This document shows positions 13,001 to 24,714 of a stretch of 64,000 nucleotides of DNA, in pieces (positions within the stretch are counted from its first letter, which is position 1; each line of letters opens with the position of its first letter). The notes under the pieces are model-generated. The model did no database searches. It was not told the origin of the DNA and saw nothing but the letters and a program-made list of their open reading frames with translations. The stretch is from NCBI GenBank assembly GCA_036785375.1, contig JAWMAR010000013.1, forward strand, positions 1,426,001 through 1,490,000. The letters are read 5' to 3'. Both the position numbers and the translations under genes were made by a program. The stretch comes from Leucoraja ocellata (taxonomy: Eukaryota).

Positions 13001-16000
13001 GAACTCCAAGCCCAAGCACTTTCAGGAAATGGACTGCAATATTTCAAGAAGGTGGTTCACCAGCCACCATCTTCTCCAGAGTGACAAATACCAGTGATGC
13101 ATACATCCCATTATAGGCTAAAATCAAATAACTGGGAACAAACACACTAAATCCAAGTTATGCCCCTGTCCCACTTAGGAAACCTGAACGGAAACCTCTG
13201 GAGACTTTGCGTCCCACCCAAGGTTTCCGTGCGGTTCCCGGAGGTTGCAGGTGGTTGCTGGAGGTTGCAGGTAGTGGAAGCAGGTAGGGAGACTGACAAA
13301 AATCTCCGGGAACCCCCGGGAACCGCACGGAAACCTTGGGTGGGGCGCAAAGTCTCCAGAGGTTTCCGTTCAGGTTTCCTAAGTGGGACAGGGTACTTTT
13401 CACAAGGCAGGATTTCAGAATCAAAATCATGTGAAGAATCCAAGGCAAATTGCATACTGTGCTCTAGAGGACACAGGTTACCAACTCAAACTCTTTAAAT
13501 CTGAAAAATGTACCTTGATTGTTATTATCATAGGGATAAGCTGTCAGTACAGCTCCTCCATGAAAACTAGCAGACAACACAAATGGTTCACTGTGTATCC
13601 ATCGTATCACTGCCTCTGTTTCTGGTTCAAAAGGTGAAAATCTTCCTCCAAAAGGTTCAGGAAAATTTCGGTTTAAATCTGTATTATTAGCATTATATCT
13701 GCAAAATGCACAAAATACAGCGATTGGATTGCTTTTCCCAGACTTATCTACACATTTATATTTACAGATATATTATTATATCTGCATCTGGGGAGAAAAA
13801 AAGTGGTGAAAGATATTTCAAAGATACTGTGCTATATAGAGCTAATTCACAATCAAGTATGGTTAAACACCTTGTTTTAGAACATTCAGTTTTGTTCCAC
13901 AATAAAAGTGAATAGACTCATCAATCACAAGGTCACTTTATTCACTATTTATTGTATTTCCTCACTGTCATTGTTCACAGGGTAAAGAAACCCATCTTTA
14001 CCCTGTGAACTCAAACCAATTTAATTTGCTACACAGGAAAGGAAATTGGTAATATGTACGTACTTTGGTGAATGTAACATCAGCTGATCACTGTACTATG
14101 TGCACTCCCTTCAGCTAGAAAAATACTAGCCCTTTCTCAGTTATATTTGACAAGGTTTCGGATCGAGACCCTCTTCAGACTTGAAGAAGTCTGAAGAAAA
14201 GTCCCGATCCGAAACCTCACCATCCATGTTCTCCAGAGATGGTGCGATGCATGAAGACTACACTTAATCAGTAAACATTCATCGGAACAAATGTGTTGAG
14301 GAGTGAACTTACAATCAGAATTTCTCAGGGCACTTTTACTCAGATACAGTTCAAGACAAATCAACACTCACATTTAATGTTACCCCTCAGAATCAAAAAC
14401 AAACCGATTGACAGAAAAGTCAATGGTGTGAGATAATGTGGGAGAAAAATATAATGGATTCCTCAATACACAACCCATCAAAATAGCTAAATGTCCTGAC
14501 TGCAATCCTCAATGTAATAATTGATATGCTTACCTGTTATACTCTATCATAAAATAACATAAGATATTGAACTAAATAATAACCAAACAGCCCATGAGAC
14601 TGCTCCACCACTCAATGAAGTCTTTGTTGATCTGTTACTCCATTTTCCTGCTTGTTCTCCACAATCCTCCATTCCCCTAAAATCCATAGTTCCATCTATT
14701 TCTGGGGCAGTTATTCCAAACATTTACAATTCATTTGAGAGATAAAATTCCTCCTCCCCTCTGTCTTAAATGGCTGTTTCCATGATCTTGAGATTATGGC
14801 CCATAGTTCTGGGCATTCCCTCAGTATCTATCTCCATCAAGTACTTTCACTAATTTATATGTTTTCAATAAAGTCGCCTCGTATTCATCTAGACCTTTCC
14901 TTGTTAGACACGTGGAATCAATCGAGTAAACCCTCCCTGCACTGCCTTCATAATATTTCATCTTTCTCAAAGCCTTTAAATTGTTTAGTTATGGACATGT
15001 CCACTTAGCCGTATTGCAATGGCTGCCGTGCCTCTGAGAGTGGAAGCAATGTGAGGGAAGAACTCAAGGTCAGGCAGCATCTCTGGAGGATGTGAATAGG
15101 TGACATTTCAGGTTGGGGCTTTCCATCAGACTAAAGAAAGGTCCCAACCTGAATCATCGCCTATGCATATTCTCTAGAGATGCTGCCCGAACCACTGGAT
15201 TACTCCAGCACTTTGTGTTCTTTTTTTTCTAAACTAGCGCATGCAGTCCCGTGTGTCTATTCTGAAACAATAACTATGGGCACACTTTCAAAACTTAATG
15301 TCAAAGGAAGCCCATAATTTGTTCAGTAAATCTATTTAATTTGCAAAATTTCACTGAATCAAAAAATATCAGGACATAAAACATAAACCCGCTGATATGT
15401 AGACAAACCTCTCACCACCTTGTTGATTTTTTTGACTGTATGGAGTCTGAATATGAGAAATAATAAGTAAGCTATAGGAATAAAGCTGCCAGAGCATTGA
15501 ATAAAACCTTACCGTCCATGAGTGCCACTGCATTTACCAACTCGCGAAATTTCAAACCCATCTGGGTTCATCGAGGGTAGGATGTGGATCCGCATGCTAT
15601 TGATCAGGTCGGTGATGTTTGTATCAGTTTGATAGCTTGAGACGAGGTATTCGATCAAGTGAAGCAGAATCTCCCTACTTACAGGCTGCACAAATCAGAG
15701 CGTTAAGCAATAGAAAAGCAACATTTCCCCGAGTTCCAATGTCAGTCCCAAGGCTGATAACTATTTCCTTTTTCCGATTTTCATTAAAGTGAGTACTGAG
15801 CTACCATGGTTGCTCCAAACTCACAAAGTCTTACTTTCACTATGTTGTTCTCATAGTAAACCAGCGATATTTTACATCAGATATCAGGTACAAAGGTGTA
15901 ACCGGCCCAGGGTTTATTAACCTGTTTTGCTTTACCTTCTAGAAGGAAATTAGGAAATTAGATAAGTGCTTGAGAAATAATTATTTGCAAAATAGGGAAT

Positions 16001-18186
16001 AGGAATAATGGAATTGCTCAACCTGGAGCCAACATGTCTATCGGTTGAGCCAACAATTCCCATCCCAGTGCCCTAGAATTTATATAAATTTCAAAAAGTG
16101 ATTGTACATCACTGACCTTGCAGGAAGACTTTATAGCATTCGGTGTCATAATAATCCTAAGATTCAACAACAAACACAAACCCTTACACTTAAAGTGCTG
16201 CCAATGTTATGGAAAGGATTTTTCAGGGTAGGATTTACTCCTATTTGGACAAGAATGGGTCAATTACTGACAGTAAGCATGGATTTGTAGCCAGCAGGTC
16301 ATGTCTTACTAACTTGATCGAGTTTTTTGAGGAGGTGATGAAGGTGATTGATGAGGTTAGGGCAGTGGATGCTGTCTACGTGGATGTTAGTAAGATACAA
16401 GAGTCATGATACAGCTTTATAGGACTTTGATTAGGCTGCATTTGGAATATTCTGGTCACTACAGGATGTAGAGGAGGTTTACCAGAATGACGTCAGGATT
16501 AGAGGGTTATTAGTTACAGGGGTTGGACACACTTATGTAGACACCTGAAAGAACTCTTTTCCCCGGATGAAAAACAACTACTTGGGGGTATAGCTTTAAG
16601 GTGAGTGAGGCAAAGTTTAAAGGAGATATATGGGGCAAGTGTTTTACACAGAGGGTTGTGAGTGCCTGGGACTCACTGATGGTGGAGCCAGTTATGAAAG
16701 TTTAAGAGACTTTTGGGTAAGTATATAGAGATGCAGGGAATAGAGGGATGTGGATTATGTGCTGGTGATAAGGGTTGGTCTTGGCACAGTCATGGTGGGC
16801 TGATGGGCCTGTTCCTGTCTTCTGTATGTTCTATGTACTTTACTCCGATTTTGATATTCAGGTGTTATTCGGCTCTGATCCAAAAGGAAGTTTCCTTGGA
16901 AGTTAAGATCCATCCAAGTAGGCTTCATTGTTCCCAAATACATTCAAATTTCCCAAATACATTCATTGTAAACCAAATATTTTCCTTAGAAGCCCAGAGG
17001 TGACCTAATATGGTAAAGGGTCTCGATAGAGCAGATACTGCTGGTGGAAGGAATGCAGAGCCAGTGCATCCTCCCTCAGTTTGCAGATATACCACCTCAT
17101 TCAATATGAAATACCTCGTTTCCGTGGATGTTTCCGATGTATTTTACCTCAGGAATCCCAATTCGATGTTCATTAGGCGTTTCTCCAATTACAATAACCG
17201 ACAATTCCCGTCCTAATGGACAAGAATTGAGGCAGACAAATAAAAGTGATCTAATCAGGGAATTTTATCTGACATTGAACTGCAAAAGCAAAGTAAGATT
17301 TAAAATATAACCTGAATACAAAATTACATTCCACCCTTTCAACTAAGAATAACCTGTGAATGGGGATGTTGCCAGAACTAGTGGGTCTGAGCTTAGGGAG
17401 AGGTTGAGTAGGCTGGGATTCTATTCCTTAGAGCATAGGAGGATGAATGGTGATCTTATAGACGTGTGTAAAATCATGAGAGGAATAGATTGGGTCAATG
17501 CACAGAGCGTCTTGCCCAGAGTAGATGAATCGAGGACCAGAGGACATAGGTTTAAGGTGAAGGGGAAAAGATTTAATAGGAATCTGAGGGGTAACTTTTT
17601 CACACAAAGGGTGGTGGGTGTATGGAACAAGCTGCCAGAGGAGGTAGCTGAGACAGGGACTATCCCAACATTTAAGAAACAGTTAGGCAGGTACACGGAT
17701 AGAAGAGGTTTGGAGGGATAAAGACGAGTGTAGCTGGGACACGTTGGCCAGTGTGGGCAAGTTGGGCCGAAGGGCCTGTTTCCACACTGTATCACTCGTG
17801 ACTCTAATAGGTAGCAGAATTTTCCCTGTATGAAACAGTATTTTGACACCTAATATGAATGTGAATGTCTAGGTGTCATCACCTTGACAATGTGCATACT
17901 GTACTGAAACCCCGTGTTCTACTGATCAGTTACCCAGTGTCACCAGATTAATTGTCTTTCAGCTGGTCCCATTGACTAGCCTTCAGCATCCATACGTCTC
18001 ACTAGGTAAAATGCATGCTCCACCTTCCACAGACTTTCCGATGGAGTAAAGATGAGTGATACTTGAAAAATTCGCATGCACGTCTTTCAGAAACGTCTCC
18101 AGAAAATCCGTGCGATGGTACTTGAAGTCCAAACTAGCGTGAGAGTATCGGTGACACATAAATAACAGGCAGCAGACTACATACAT
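4246..18186 (-). CDS. CPM: Carboxypeptidase M-like gene (M14B zinc carboxypeptidase), 8 coding exons, ~399 aa if two 1-nt frameshifts are corrected
   Basis: Spliced translation follows CPM: signal peptide then [96 protein letters not shown]. Exon sizes 163/98/173/185/155/152/149/123 nt, with intron phases as I recall them for human CPM. Orthology versus paralogy is not resolved. Confidence 0.88.
5637..5785 (-). CDS. CPM: CPM-like coding exon 7 ([20 protein letters not shown]...[15 protein letters not shown]; transthyretin-like domain)
   Basis: 149 nt, ctttcag| acceptor, |gtaagg donor. Confidence 0.92.
6466..6640 (-). mobile_element. CR1 LINE 3' tail (further short copies ~3740-3825 +, ~18992-19105 -, ~35545-35690 -, ~42943-43160 +)
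   Basis: CATAGAAACATAGAAAATAGGTGCAGGAGTAGGCCATTCGGCCC motif shared with the longer CR1 copies. Confidence 0.8.
7178..7465 (-). mobile_element. V-SINE (HE1-like), diverged
   Basis: GGATGTGGGAGGAAACTGGAGC...GGATTGAACCCAGGTCTCTGGCGCTGTGAGGCAGC. Confidence 0.75.
7674..7825 (-). CDS. CPM: CPM-like coding exon 6 ([51 protein letters not shown]), 1-nt frameshift at ~7732
   Basis: 152 nt (153 expected); catalytic Glu in VELSCC; TGGAT where TGGGAT would keep frame. Confidence 0.9.
9104..9258 (-). CDS. CPM: CPM-like coding exon 5 ([52 protein letters not shown]), 1-nt frameshift at ~9211, GC donor
   Basis: 155 nt for a phase 1-1 exon (156 expected); TATTGG where TATTTGG would keep frame; donor AG|gcaaga. 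Confidence 0.88.
10016..10060. repeat. Poly-G tract (other G/C runs at ~1617, 12940, 19632, 22939, 37022, 51443, 61632)
   Basis: Visible directly. Confidence 0.9.
10349..10404. repeat. (GAGT)n microsatellite
   Basis: About 14 perfect units. Confidence 0.97.
10534..10746 (+). mobile_element. tRNA-derived V-SINE (HE1-like)
   Basis: Box A TGGCACAGCGG, box B GGTTCGATCCC, V-domain GGAGTTTGTACGTTCTCCCCGTG...TTTCCTCCCACACTCCAAAGAC. Confidence 0.88.
11530..12560 (-). mobile_element. Decayed hAT-family transposase fragment
   Basis: Broken minus-strand frames give [40 protein letters not shown] and [16 protein letters not shown], in the order expected for the hAT (ZNF862-like) C-terminal half. Confidence 0.5.
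13161..13393. mobile_element. Fold-back MITE, PIF/Harbinger-like (copy 1, right end clipped)
   Basis: ~80 bp TIRs beginning TGCCCCTGTCCCACTTAGGAAACCTGAACGG; preceded by TTA; second copy at 41970. Confidence 0.8.
13514..13698 (-). CDS. CPM: CPM-like coding exon 4 ([16 protein letters not shown]...[23 protein letters not shown])
   Basis: 185 nt, ttttgcag| acceptor, |gtaca donor; NRNF motif and the third zinc-ligand His. Confidence 0.92.
15513..15685 (-). CDS. CPM: CPM-like coding exon 3 ([14 protein letters not shown]...[14 protein letters not shown]...GTHGR)
   Basis: 173 nt, tgcag| acceptor, |gtaag donor; lies in ORF 15509..15691. Confidence 0.93.
16210..16835 (+). mobile_element. Degenerate CR1 LINE fragment
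   Basis: [21 protein letters not shown]...VDAVYVD followed by a decayed 3' region. Confidence 0.8.
17115..17212 (-). CDS. CPM: CPM-like coding exon 2 ([32 protein letters not shown])
   Basis: 98 nt, ag/gt bounded, carries the HxxE zinc motif. Confidence 0.92.
17370..17795 (+). mobile_element. CR1 LINE 3' fragment (second subfamily)
   Basis: ORF 17356..17721 [16 protein letters not shown]...TRGH...[14 protein letters not shown]. Confidence 0.88.
18024..18186 (-). CDS. CPM: CPM-like coding exon 1 (signal peptide, [24 protein letters not shown]...IGKSVEG)
   Basis: ATG at 18186; upstream acceptor tttcttacag at 18241 implies a 5' non-coding exon; donor G|gtggag at 18023. Confidence 0.88.
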
Positions 18187-19491
18187 CCAACATGCTTGTG
18201 GTCTGGAAGGCACTAATGCAAGACCAGGGCCGAACACTGCCTGTAAGAAAGGAGGGTATGTTTTAGTTCCATTTATTTTTCCGTTTCCATATAGCTTCCT
18301 AAAATACTTCTTCAAACTTCCTGAATTCACCTGTCTATAATTTAATGTCGCCGGCATTTAAATGGACTGTACAGGTATGAAATGCCTCCTTATTCTAGTA
18401 ATCATCGAGGAAATATATAGTTGGACTTGTAGTGGAGTCGCGTCCTTCACATTTTTACTTTAAAGGCTTTGGTTAGAGACTAGCCGTCTACAGACGTCTG
18501 AGTAACATCATTCCGGGTATTCATATATTTAAAATAAATGAGACCATTCTCCTTCCGCCGGGCCCGGGGTTTCGAGGTTTCGCCGCTCGCGTGTGGACTG
18601 CGAACAAGACTCTAGTCTAAACCAACAGTCCATTGTCCACGTCCGTGAGGTCATTAAAGCGAAATCTCACAATGTTGCCGGGGGAAAGATTCCAAGCTGA
18701 GGGTTTGTTCCGACGCAGTCTGACCCCTAAGCACAAAGAAGGAGGGGAAACGTAGTGGGAATATTAACGTTAGTGGAATCTTCAAACGAATTGAAACAAG
18801 AGACTGCAGGTGCTGGTTTGCAAACAAAAAAGAATCAAAGTGCTGGAGTAACTCAGAAACAAAGAATTGCAGATGCTGGTTAATACACAAAAGGACACAA
18901 AGTGCTGGAGTAACTCAACGGGTCAGGTAGGATCTCTGGAGAACGTGGAAAGGTGGTTTTTCGGGTGGAGAACCTTCTTCCGACTCACAGAAACATAAAT
19001 AGGTCATTCGGCCCTTCGAGACAGCACCACCATTCAATATGATCATGGCTGATCATCCTAAATCAATACCCCGTTCCTGCTTTCTCCCCGTATTTCTTGA
19101 TTCCGTCTCAATGTGAAGGTCTCGTCCCGAAACGTCATCTATCCATGTTCTCCAGAGATGCTGCCTGATCTGTTGAGTTAATCCAACACTGTGTGTCCTG
19201 CTGGAGTAACTAAATGGGTCAGGCAGTATCCGACCCCAGATGTCACCTATCCTTTTTCTCCCGAGAAGCTGCCTGGCCCACTGAGTTACTCCAGCATTGA
19301 CTATCTTTCTTCGATAGAGTAGCTTAGCCTATGGCGCCACGAATGACCACTGGGAGTTGTGTACACCAGATGTACTCAGAAATCAAAGCAGATCAGGTAA
19401 CATCTGGGGAGGGAAAGAGAGTTAACGTTTCAGATCCTACATCCAAATTGTGAAAACTCAGAAGAATGTCCTGCAATAGAGGAAGACTTTT

Positions 19492-20115
19492 GTGTAGGTA
19501 GGAACTGCAGATGCTGGATTATACCGATGATAGACACAAAATGCTGGAATAACTCAACAGGTCAGGCAGCATCTCTGGAGAAAAGGAATAGTGAAGTTTC
19601 CGGTCAGAACCCTTCTTTGGACCGAAAGTAAAGGGGGGGGGGGGGGGGCAGGGGATAAGTGACGTTTCGGGTCTTCAGACTGAGAGTCGGGGGAGAGGGA
19701 GACTAGAGATATGAAAGGTACAAAGAACAAATGACTGAAAGGTATGTAATCAAAGTCAGCAACAATGATCAAGGAAAGGTGAAACCCACAATGGTCCATT
19801 GTTGGCTGTGGAGAAGTTCATAATAAGTCAAACTAACGAGTGAAGAAATGAAACTAAGCAGGGTTACTAGGGTTGAGGAGGGATGGAGAGAGAAGTTATG
19901 CAAGGGTTACTTGAAGATAGAGAAATCAATGTTCATACCGCCGGGGTGTAAACTACCCAAGCGAAATATGAGGTGCTGGTTGCTACAATTTGCGCTTGGT
20001 CTCACTCTGACAGTGGAGGGAGGCCCGGGACAGAAAGGTCAGTGTGGCAACCGGGAGTGCGCATAGGCCAAGGCAGACTGAGCGAAGGTATTCAGCGAAA
20101 CAATCACCCAGTCTG
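19492..20115 (-). mobile_element. Penelope-like element 3' part (GIY-YIG endonuclease C-terminus plus terminal repeat)
   Basis: RLGDCFAEYLRSVC..LPVA...LHCQSETKRKL, then LIFRLGSLHPGGMNIDFS; followed by the terminal repeat. Confidence 0.8.
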
Positions 20116-20334
20116 TGCAGAGGACATGGATAGAGTTCAAGAGTGTGACATAGGTAACATTGTTTGGGATCTCCAAGAAGTGTAAACAAACTAAATGAAG
20201 CCGTTTCTTGGCACGAAGCGCTAGCGTGGACTCCATTAATACAATTCCCCCCTCCCACCGGACTGTATTGATACCAAAGATACCAAAGCTCCTTTATAAT
20301 CTTTGATTGATACATCCCCCATGTGGGACTGCAC

Positions 20335-20520
20335 TTGTTGGCTGAGACGCGACAGCGCCGTCACGTGACGTCACAATCACGCTGGGACTACAAGATGATT
20401 GGACGGGTTTGAATTCCCGGAGGGTGGGGGAGGGTCATAATGTGATTGACAGTGATATTAACTAATCAGAGACGGGAGGAGGCGGGTTCCTTAGTTGCGA
20501 CGGCCAATCCCATCCAGGCT
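20335..20520. promoter_or_regulatory. CpG-rich promoter-like cluster (CLEAR/E-box, CRE, ACTACA, CCAAT boxes); probable CPM-like promoter
   Basis: GTCACGTGAC 20360-20369 overlapping TGACGTCA 20366-20373; GGGACTACAA 20384-20393; GATTGG 20397-20402; GGCGGG; CCAAT 20504-20508. Confidence 0.55.
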
Positions 20521-20544
20521 AAAGGTGCTCCTCCAGTGTTTAAA

Positions 20545-20955
20545 GACAGGATAGACTCGGCTTGTACTCGCTAGAATTTAGAAGATTGAGGGGGGATCTT
20601 ATAGAAACTTACAAAATTTTTAAGGGGTTGGACAGGCTAGATGCAGGAAGATTGTTCCCGATGTCGGGGAAGTCCAGAACAAGGGGTCACAGTTTAAAGA
20701 TAAGGTGGAAATCCTTTAGGACAGAGATGAGAAAAACATTTTTCACACAGAGAGTGGTGAATCTCTGGAATTCTCTGCTACAGAAGGTAGTTGAGGCCAG
20801 TTCATTGGCTATATTTAAGAGGGAATTAGATCTGGCCCTTGTGGCTAAAGGCAGGTAGAGGATACTGAGTTGGATGATCAGCCATGATCATATTGAATGG
20901 CGGTGCAGGCTCGAAGGGCCGAATGGCCTACTCCTGCACCTATTTTCTACGTTTC
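20545..20955 (+). mobile_element. CR1 LINE 3' fragment
   Basis: YSLEFRRLRGDLIETYK...[13 protein letters not shown] plus 3' tail. Confidence 0.9.
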
Positions 20956-22204
20956 AAAAAAGCTTGAGAAACTCAGAGGGTGCAGCAGCATCTATGCCAC
21001 TGCACCCGCTGAGTTTCTCCAGCTTTTTTGTGTACCTTCGATTTTGCAACAACTGCAGTTCCTTCTTAAACACTTCAACTATTAGTTGTTTTATTCTGAT
21101 CATTATTTATCTTTAAAACATGAATTACAAATAGCAATAGCACAGGAATCAAATCACCGTCAATAATTGAATTGAATGCTGTAGATGTAAGAAATCTGAA
21201 TCAAATACGAATTGATGGAAATCCTCAAGTCGGTGTGTATGGGGAGAGCTGGAGGGACGCGAAGGCCAGGGTGAAATATTGTGTAACGAGGCAAACACTG
21301 CGCCGCCTGGGAGCCACAACAAACCCGCCCAAGTGTCCATCGGTCACCCTGGAAGCTGGCTACAAATACTATAGCAACGGGGATGCTGGTTACTGATAGC
21401 CAAAGATTTTACAGCAGGGCTCTGCTATAGGATCTTTGGTGCTGGGTACAAGTGGACACGGAAGCTCCCCGCTGCGACGAGCACCCGGTCACTGTGACCC
21501 GTTCTGCATCAGTTGAAAAGTGTAGGTGGTTAAAGACAAGTGAATCACTGCGGTTCCGTGCATCGAGTTGTCGAGATATTGTCATCCTTGACTATTGTGT
21601 ACAAACAACAAACAAACAGTCGATATTGTTGTGGAGTGTAGGAAGGAACTGCAGATGCTGGTTTAAACCGAAAATAGACACAAAATGTTGGAGTAGCTCA
21701 GCGGGACAGCCAGGCTGCATCTCTGTAGAGAAGGAATGAGTAACGTTTCGTGTCGAGACCCTTCTTCAAACTGAAAGTCATGAATAGAAGCAGCCACCTG
21801 GCTCCACCAGTCAATGTGATCGTGGCTGATCCACCCCATATCTCAGCCCCTCTCTTCTAGGCCAGTTCCCTTCAATCCTCAATTTCCTGATTTGTCTACC
21901 TCCACTTTAAATATCTCCAATGTTCTGCCCAGCAGTGTTGTTGCAACGATTTGTATTGGTCGACTGGATAACAGGGGTATCGCCAAATCTATTGATGGGG
22001 AAAAAACTGATTTTTATCTATATTGCTTTATTATTCTCAAATGTACCGAGATTCAGTGAAAAACTTTATTTGGGCCTCACTCTGGCAGTAGAGGAGGACA
22101 CGCACAGACGGGTCGGTGTGGGAATGGGAAAGGGGAATTAAAATAGCCGGTATCCAAGAGATTCCGATGGCCACAGTGGACAGAGCACAGGCAAAATAAG
22201 CTTT

Positions 22205-22495
22205 ACATATACAACACAGAAACAGGCCCTTCAGCCCACCAAGTCCATGTTGACCAGTGATCACTCCGTACACTCGCACCATCCTACATGCTAGGGACAA
22301 ATTACAATTAACAGAAGACAATGAATCTTCAAACCTGCAAATCTTTGGACTGTAGGAGAAAAATGGGACATCTACAGAAAACCCATGTGGTAACAGGGAG
22401 AACGTACAGACTCTGTACAGACAGCACCCATAGTCAGGATCACACCGGGGTCTCTGGCGCTGTAAAGCAGCAACTCTACCACTGCACCACCTACC
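22205..22495 (-). mobile_element. V-SINE (HE1-like)
   Basis: Reverse complement of the 10534 element, with a CR1-like 3' tail. Confidence 0.8.
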
Positions 22496-22597
22496 ACCAC
22501 AATCGCATAGTCTGCATATCGTCAGCAACTGTTCCTCCTCTGGATGTTCTGGGGATTTCCACCGTCTGCAGGAAAACAGGATGTTTTTTTTATCTAT

Positions 22598-23690
22598 GCA
22601 AAGTGCTGAAATAACTCAACGGGTCAGTCAGCAAGTGTGGATGAATGGACAGGTAACATTTTGGATCCGAATCTTCTTCAGACCGATTGGAGTAGGGGAA
22701 GAAATCTGCAAATGAGGTGCAGGCGTGACAAAGCCCCAAGTGATGAGTGGATACAGATGAGTGGGGTTTGAATGGGAGATGGGTGGACAAAGCCCAGAAA
22801 TGAAAAGAAGGCTATGAGATAAGGAGAGAAGGTGTGTGAAATGCGAAGCCAGCGGAAGGGATACAGGTAGAACGGGCACAGGGCAGTGGGAGAAATTGAT
22901 GCATATTCAAGTGGGATAAGGAAGGGAGCAAAAGTAATGGGGGGGGGGGGGGGGGGGGGGGGGAGGTGGTGGTTCGTGGGGACGTTCGGTTACTTACGAT
23001 TGGAGAATTCAATGTTCATATCGTTGGGTTGTAAACTACCGAAGCAGAATGTGAGGTACTATTCTTGCTGTTTGCTTATGCCCTCACTCTGGCAATGAAG
23101 GAGGCCCAGCAGAGAAAGGTTAGTATGGAAATGGGGAGGGGAGGGGCGTTTAAATTGTGGGCAATGGTTAGGAATGGTTGTTAACCATTTTAGCTCCTCT
23201 TCCCATACCCATTGCGATGCCACATGCAAACTGGGATAACAGTAACTCATATTCCACTTAGGTAGAACCTAACGATATGAACATTCAATTCTCCAATTTT
23301 AGGTAACTAACTAACCAACCACCCACCCCCCCTTGTCTATGTTCACCTGGATGCACACCCATTTCTCCTACTATTCCGTCTCCTTCCACCTTTATACCTC
23401 CCTTCGGCTTTGCATTTAAATCTTTCTCTATCGCCTTTTCTATTGTCTCCCTTTCACTTCCAGCATTTGTCACTTACTCCACCCTTCTGCTGATGACTCC
23501 CCTCACTTGAACTCGTATATCACCTGCCAGACTTCATCGCACCCTGTCTCCTCTACCCCCCCCCCCCCCCCTCTTTCGCCCTCCTACGACATCAGTCTGA
23601 AGAAGGGTCCAGAGCCGAAATGCCGCCTGCCCATTCCATCCACAAATGCTGCCTGACCCACTGAGTTCCCTCAGCACTTTGTGCCCTTTT
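22598..23690. mobile_element. Two inverted Penelope-like 3' fragments (minus ~22598-23150, plus ~23170-23690)
   Basis: [16 protein letters not shown] in ORF 23059..23250; the terminal repeat at both outer ends. Confidence 0.7.
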
Positions 23691-24020
23691 GTTCCGTGGA
23701 GGGCGCAGTGCGATCGTTTCGCCAGCAGATGCCAGCACCAGAAGGCTGCAGTGTGGTCCTCCCGCCGGCTGGTGCCACTGCGAGCGCGCGCGTGTGTGTG
23801 AGAGGCTGCAGTGCGGTCCCTCCACCGCCATGGCGCTGTATCGCCGCCTCGGTCCGCAGCCGAGACGGGTCCGACGTGGCGCTTCATCCCAGTACCGGGC
23901 AGCGGGCCAGGCACAGGCTGTGGGCATCGCCCCCGCCCACCTCCCTGCCCGGACTTGGCCTCAGCACCCAGGCGCAACGTGCAGGGCGGAGCCGCACACA
24001 GTGGAAAGGGCAGGACTGAT
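23690..24020. promoter_or_regulatory. Small CpG island
   Basis: High GC and CpG density; no recognisable repeat or exon. Confidence 0.45.
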
Positions 24021-24027
24021 GCCTGGA

Positions 24028-24460
24028 AACACAAGCCTCAATGTAGGACTATAGGGGGGACACAAGCCCCAATGCAGGGGTGATGAATGGAATCGCAATC
24101 TCCAGTGGTGCGGGGGGGGTGCAAGCTCAAATGCAGAACTACGTCAGCCCTAAAGGACTGGTGTAGGGGTATGCAAGTTCCAATGCAGGACTATTGGGGA
24201 ACAAACTCCAGTGCAGGACGGGTGCAGGGGGTTCACGCTCCAATGCATGCCTGCTGATTGGAAACACGCACCAATGCAATATTGATGTAAGGCAATACAA
24301 GCCCTAATGCAGGACAGATGATGGGGAACACAAGCCTCACTCAGAACTCTTGGGAAAATGCAAACCTCAACGCAGGAGGGGGTGGGGGGGGGATACAACC
24401 TTAACACATGACTGATGCGGGACTGTTGGAGGATACATAAGCCTAGAGCAAAGAGAATCT
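24028..24460. repeat. Degenerate ~30-33 bp minisatellite (CAAGCCYCAATGCAGGAC...GGGGAA)
   Basis: About 13 diverged units. Confidence 0.75.
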
Positions 24461-24714
24461 ACCTGCAAGGCATAAGGGGGTGACTGGGAGGAGTGGTGGG
24501 TGAGAATTAAAGGTGATGAGAGGGGAGGCAAGAGTGGGAGAGTGCATCTGGCTGGTACTGTCTCTGGAAGAGTGTGTCTGCCCTGGAAGGTTGGCGTGTT
24601 GGCTGGGCTCTGGAATGGTAGGGATGGTTTAGGGTGTGCCGTTCCACCCGGGATGGGTGAATGGTGTCTTGCACCTGACAGGGTGAAGGAACCACCTGAT
24701 ATTGTGCTCTGCTC

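Noticed and set aside
13147-13498. Overlapping ORFs on both strands with repeated peptides (also 41926-42255)
   Set aside because: Artefact of the palindromic MITE
21172-21396. 74-aa plus-strand ORF downstream of the 20.4 kb promoter-like cluster
   Set aside because: No recognisable homology and no downstream exons found
24028-24460. CRISPR-like repeat-spacer array
   Set aside because: Eukaryotic context, degenerate repeats, mutually related spacers and no cas genes
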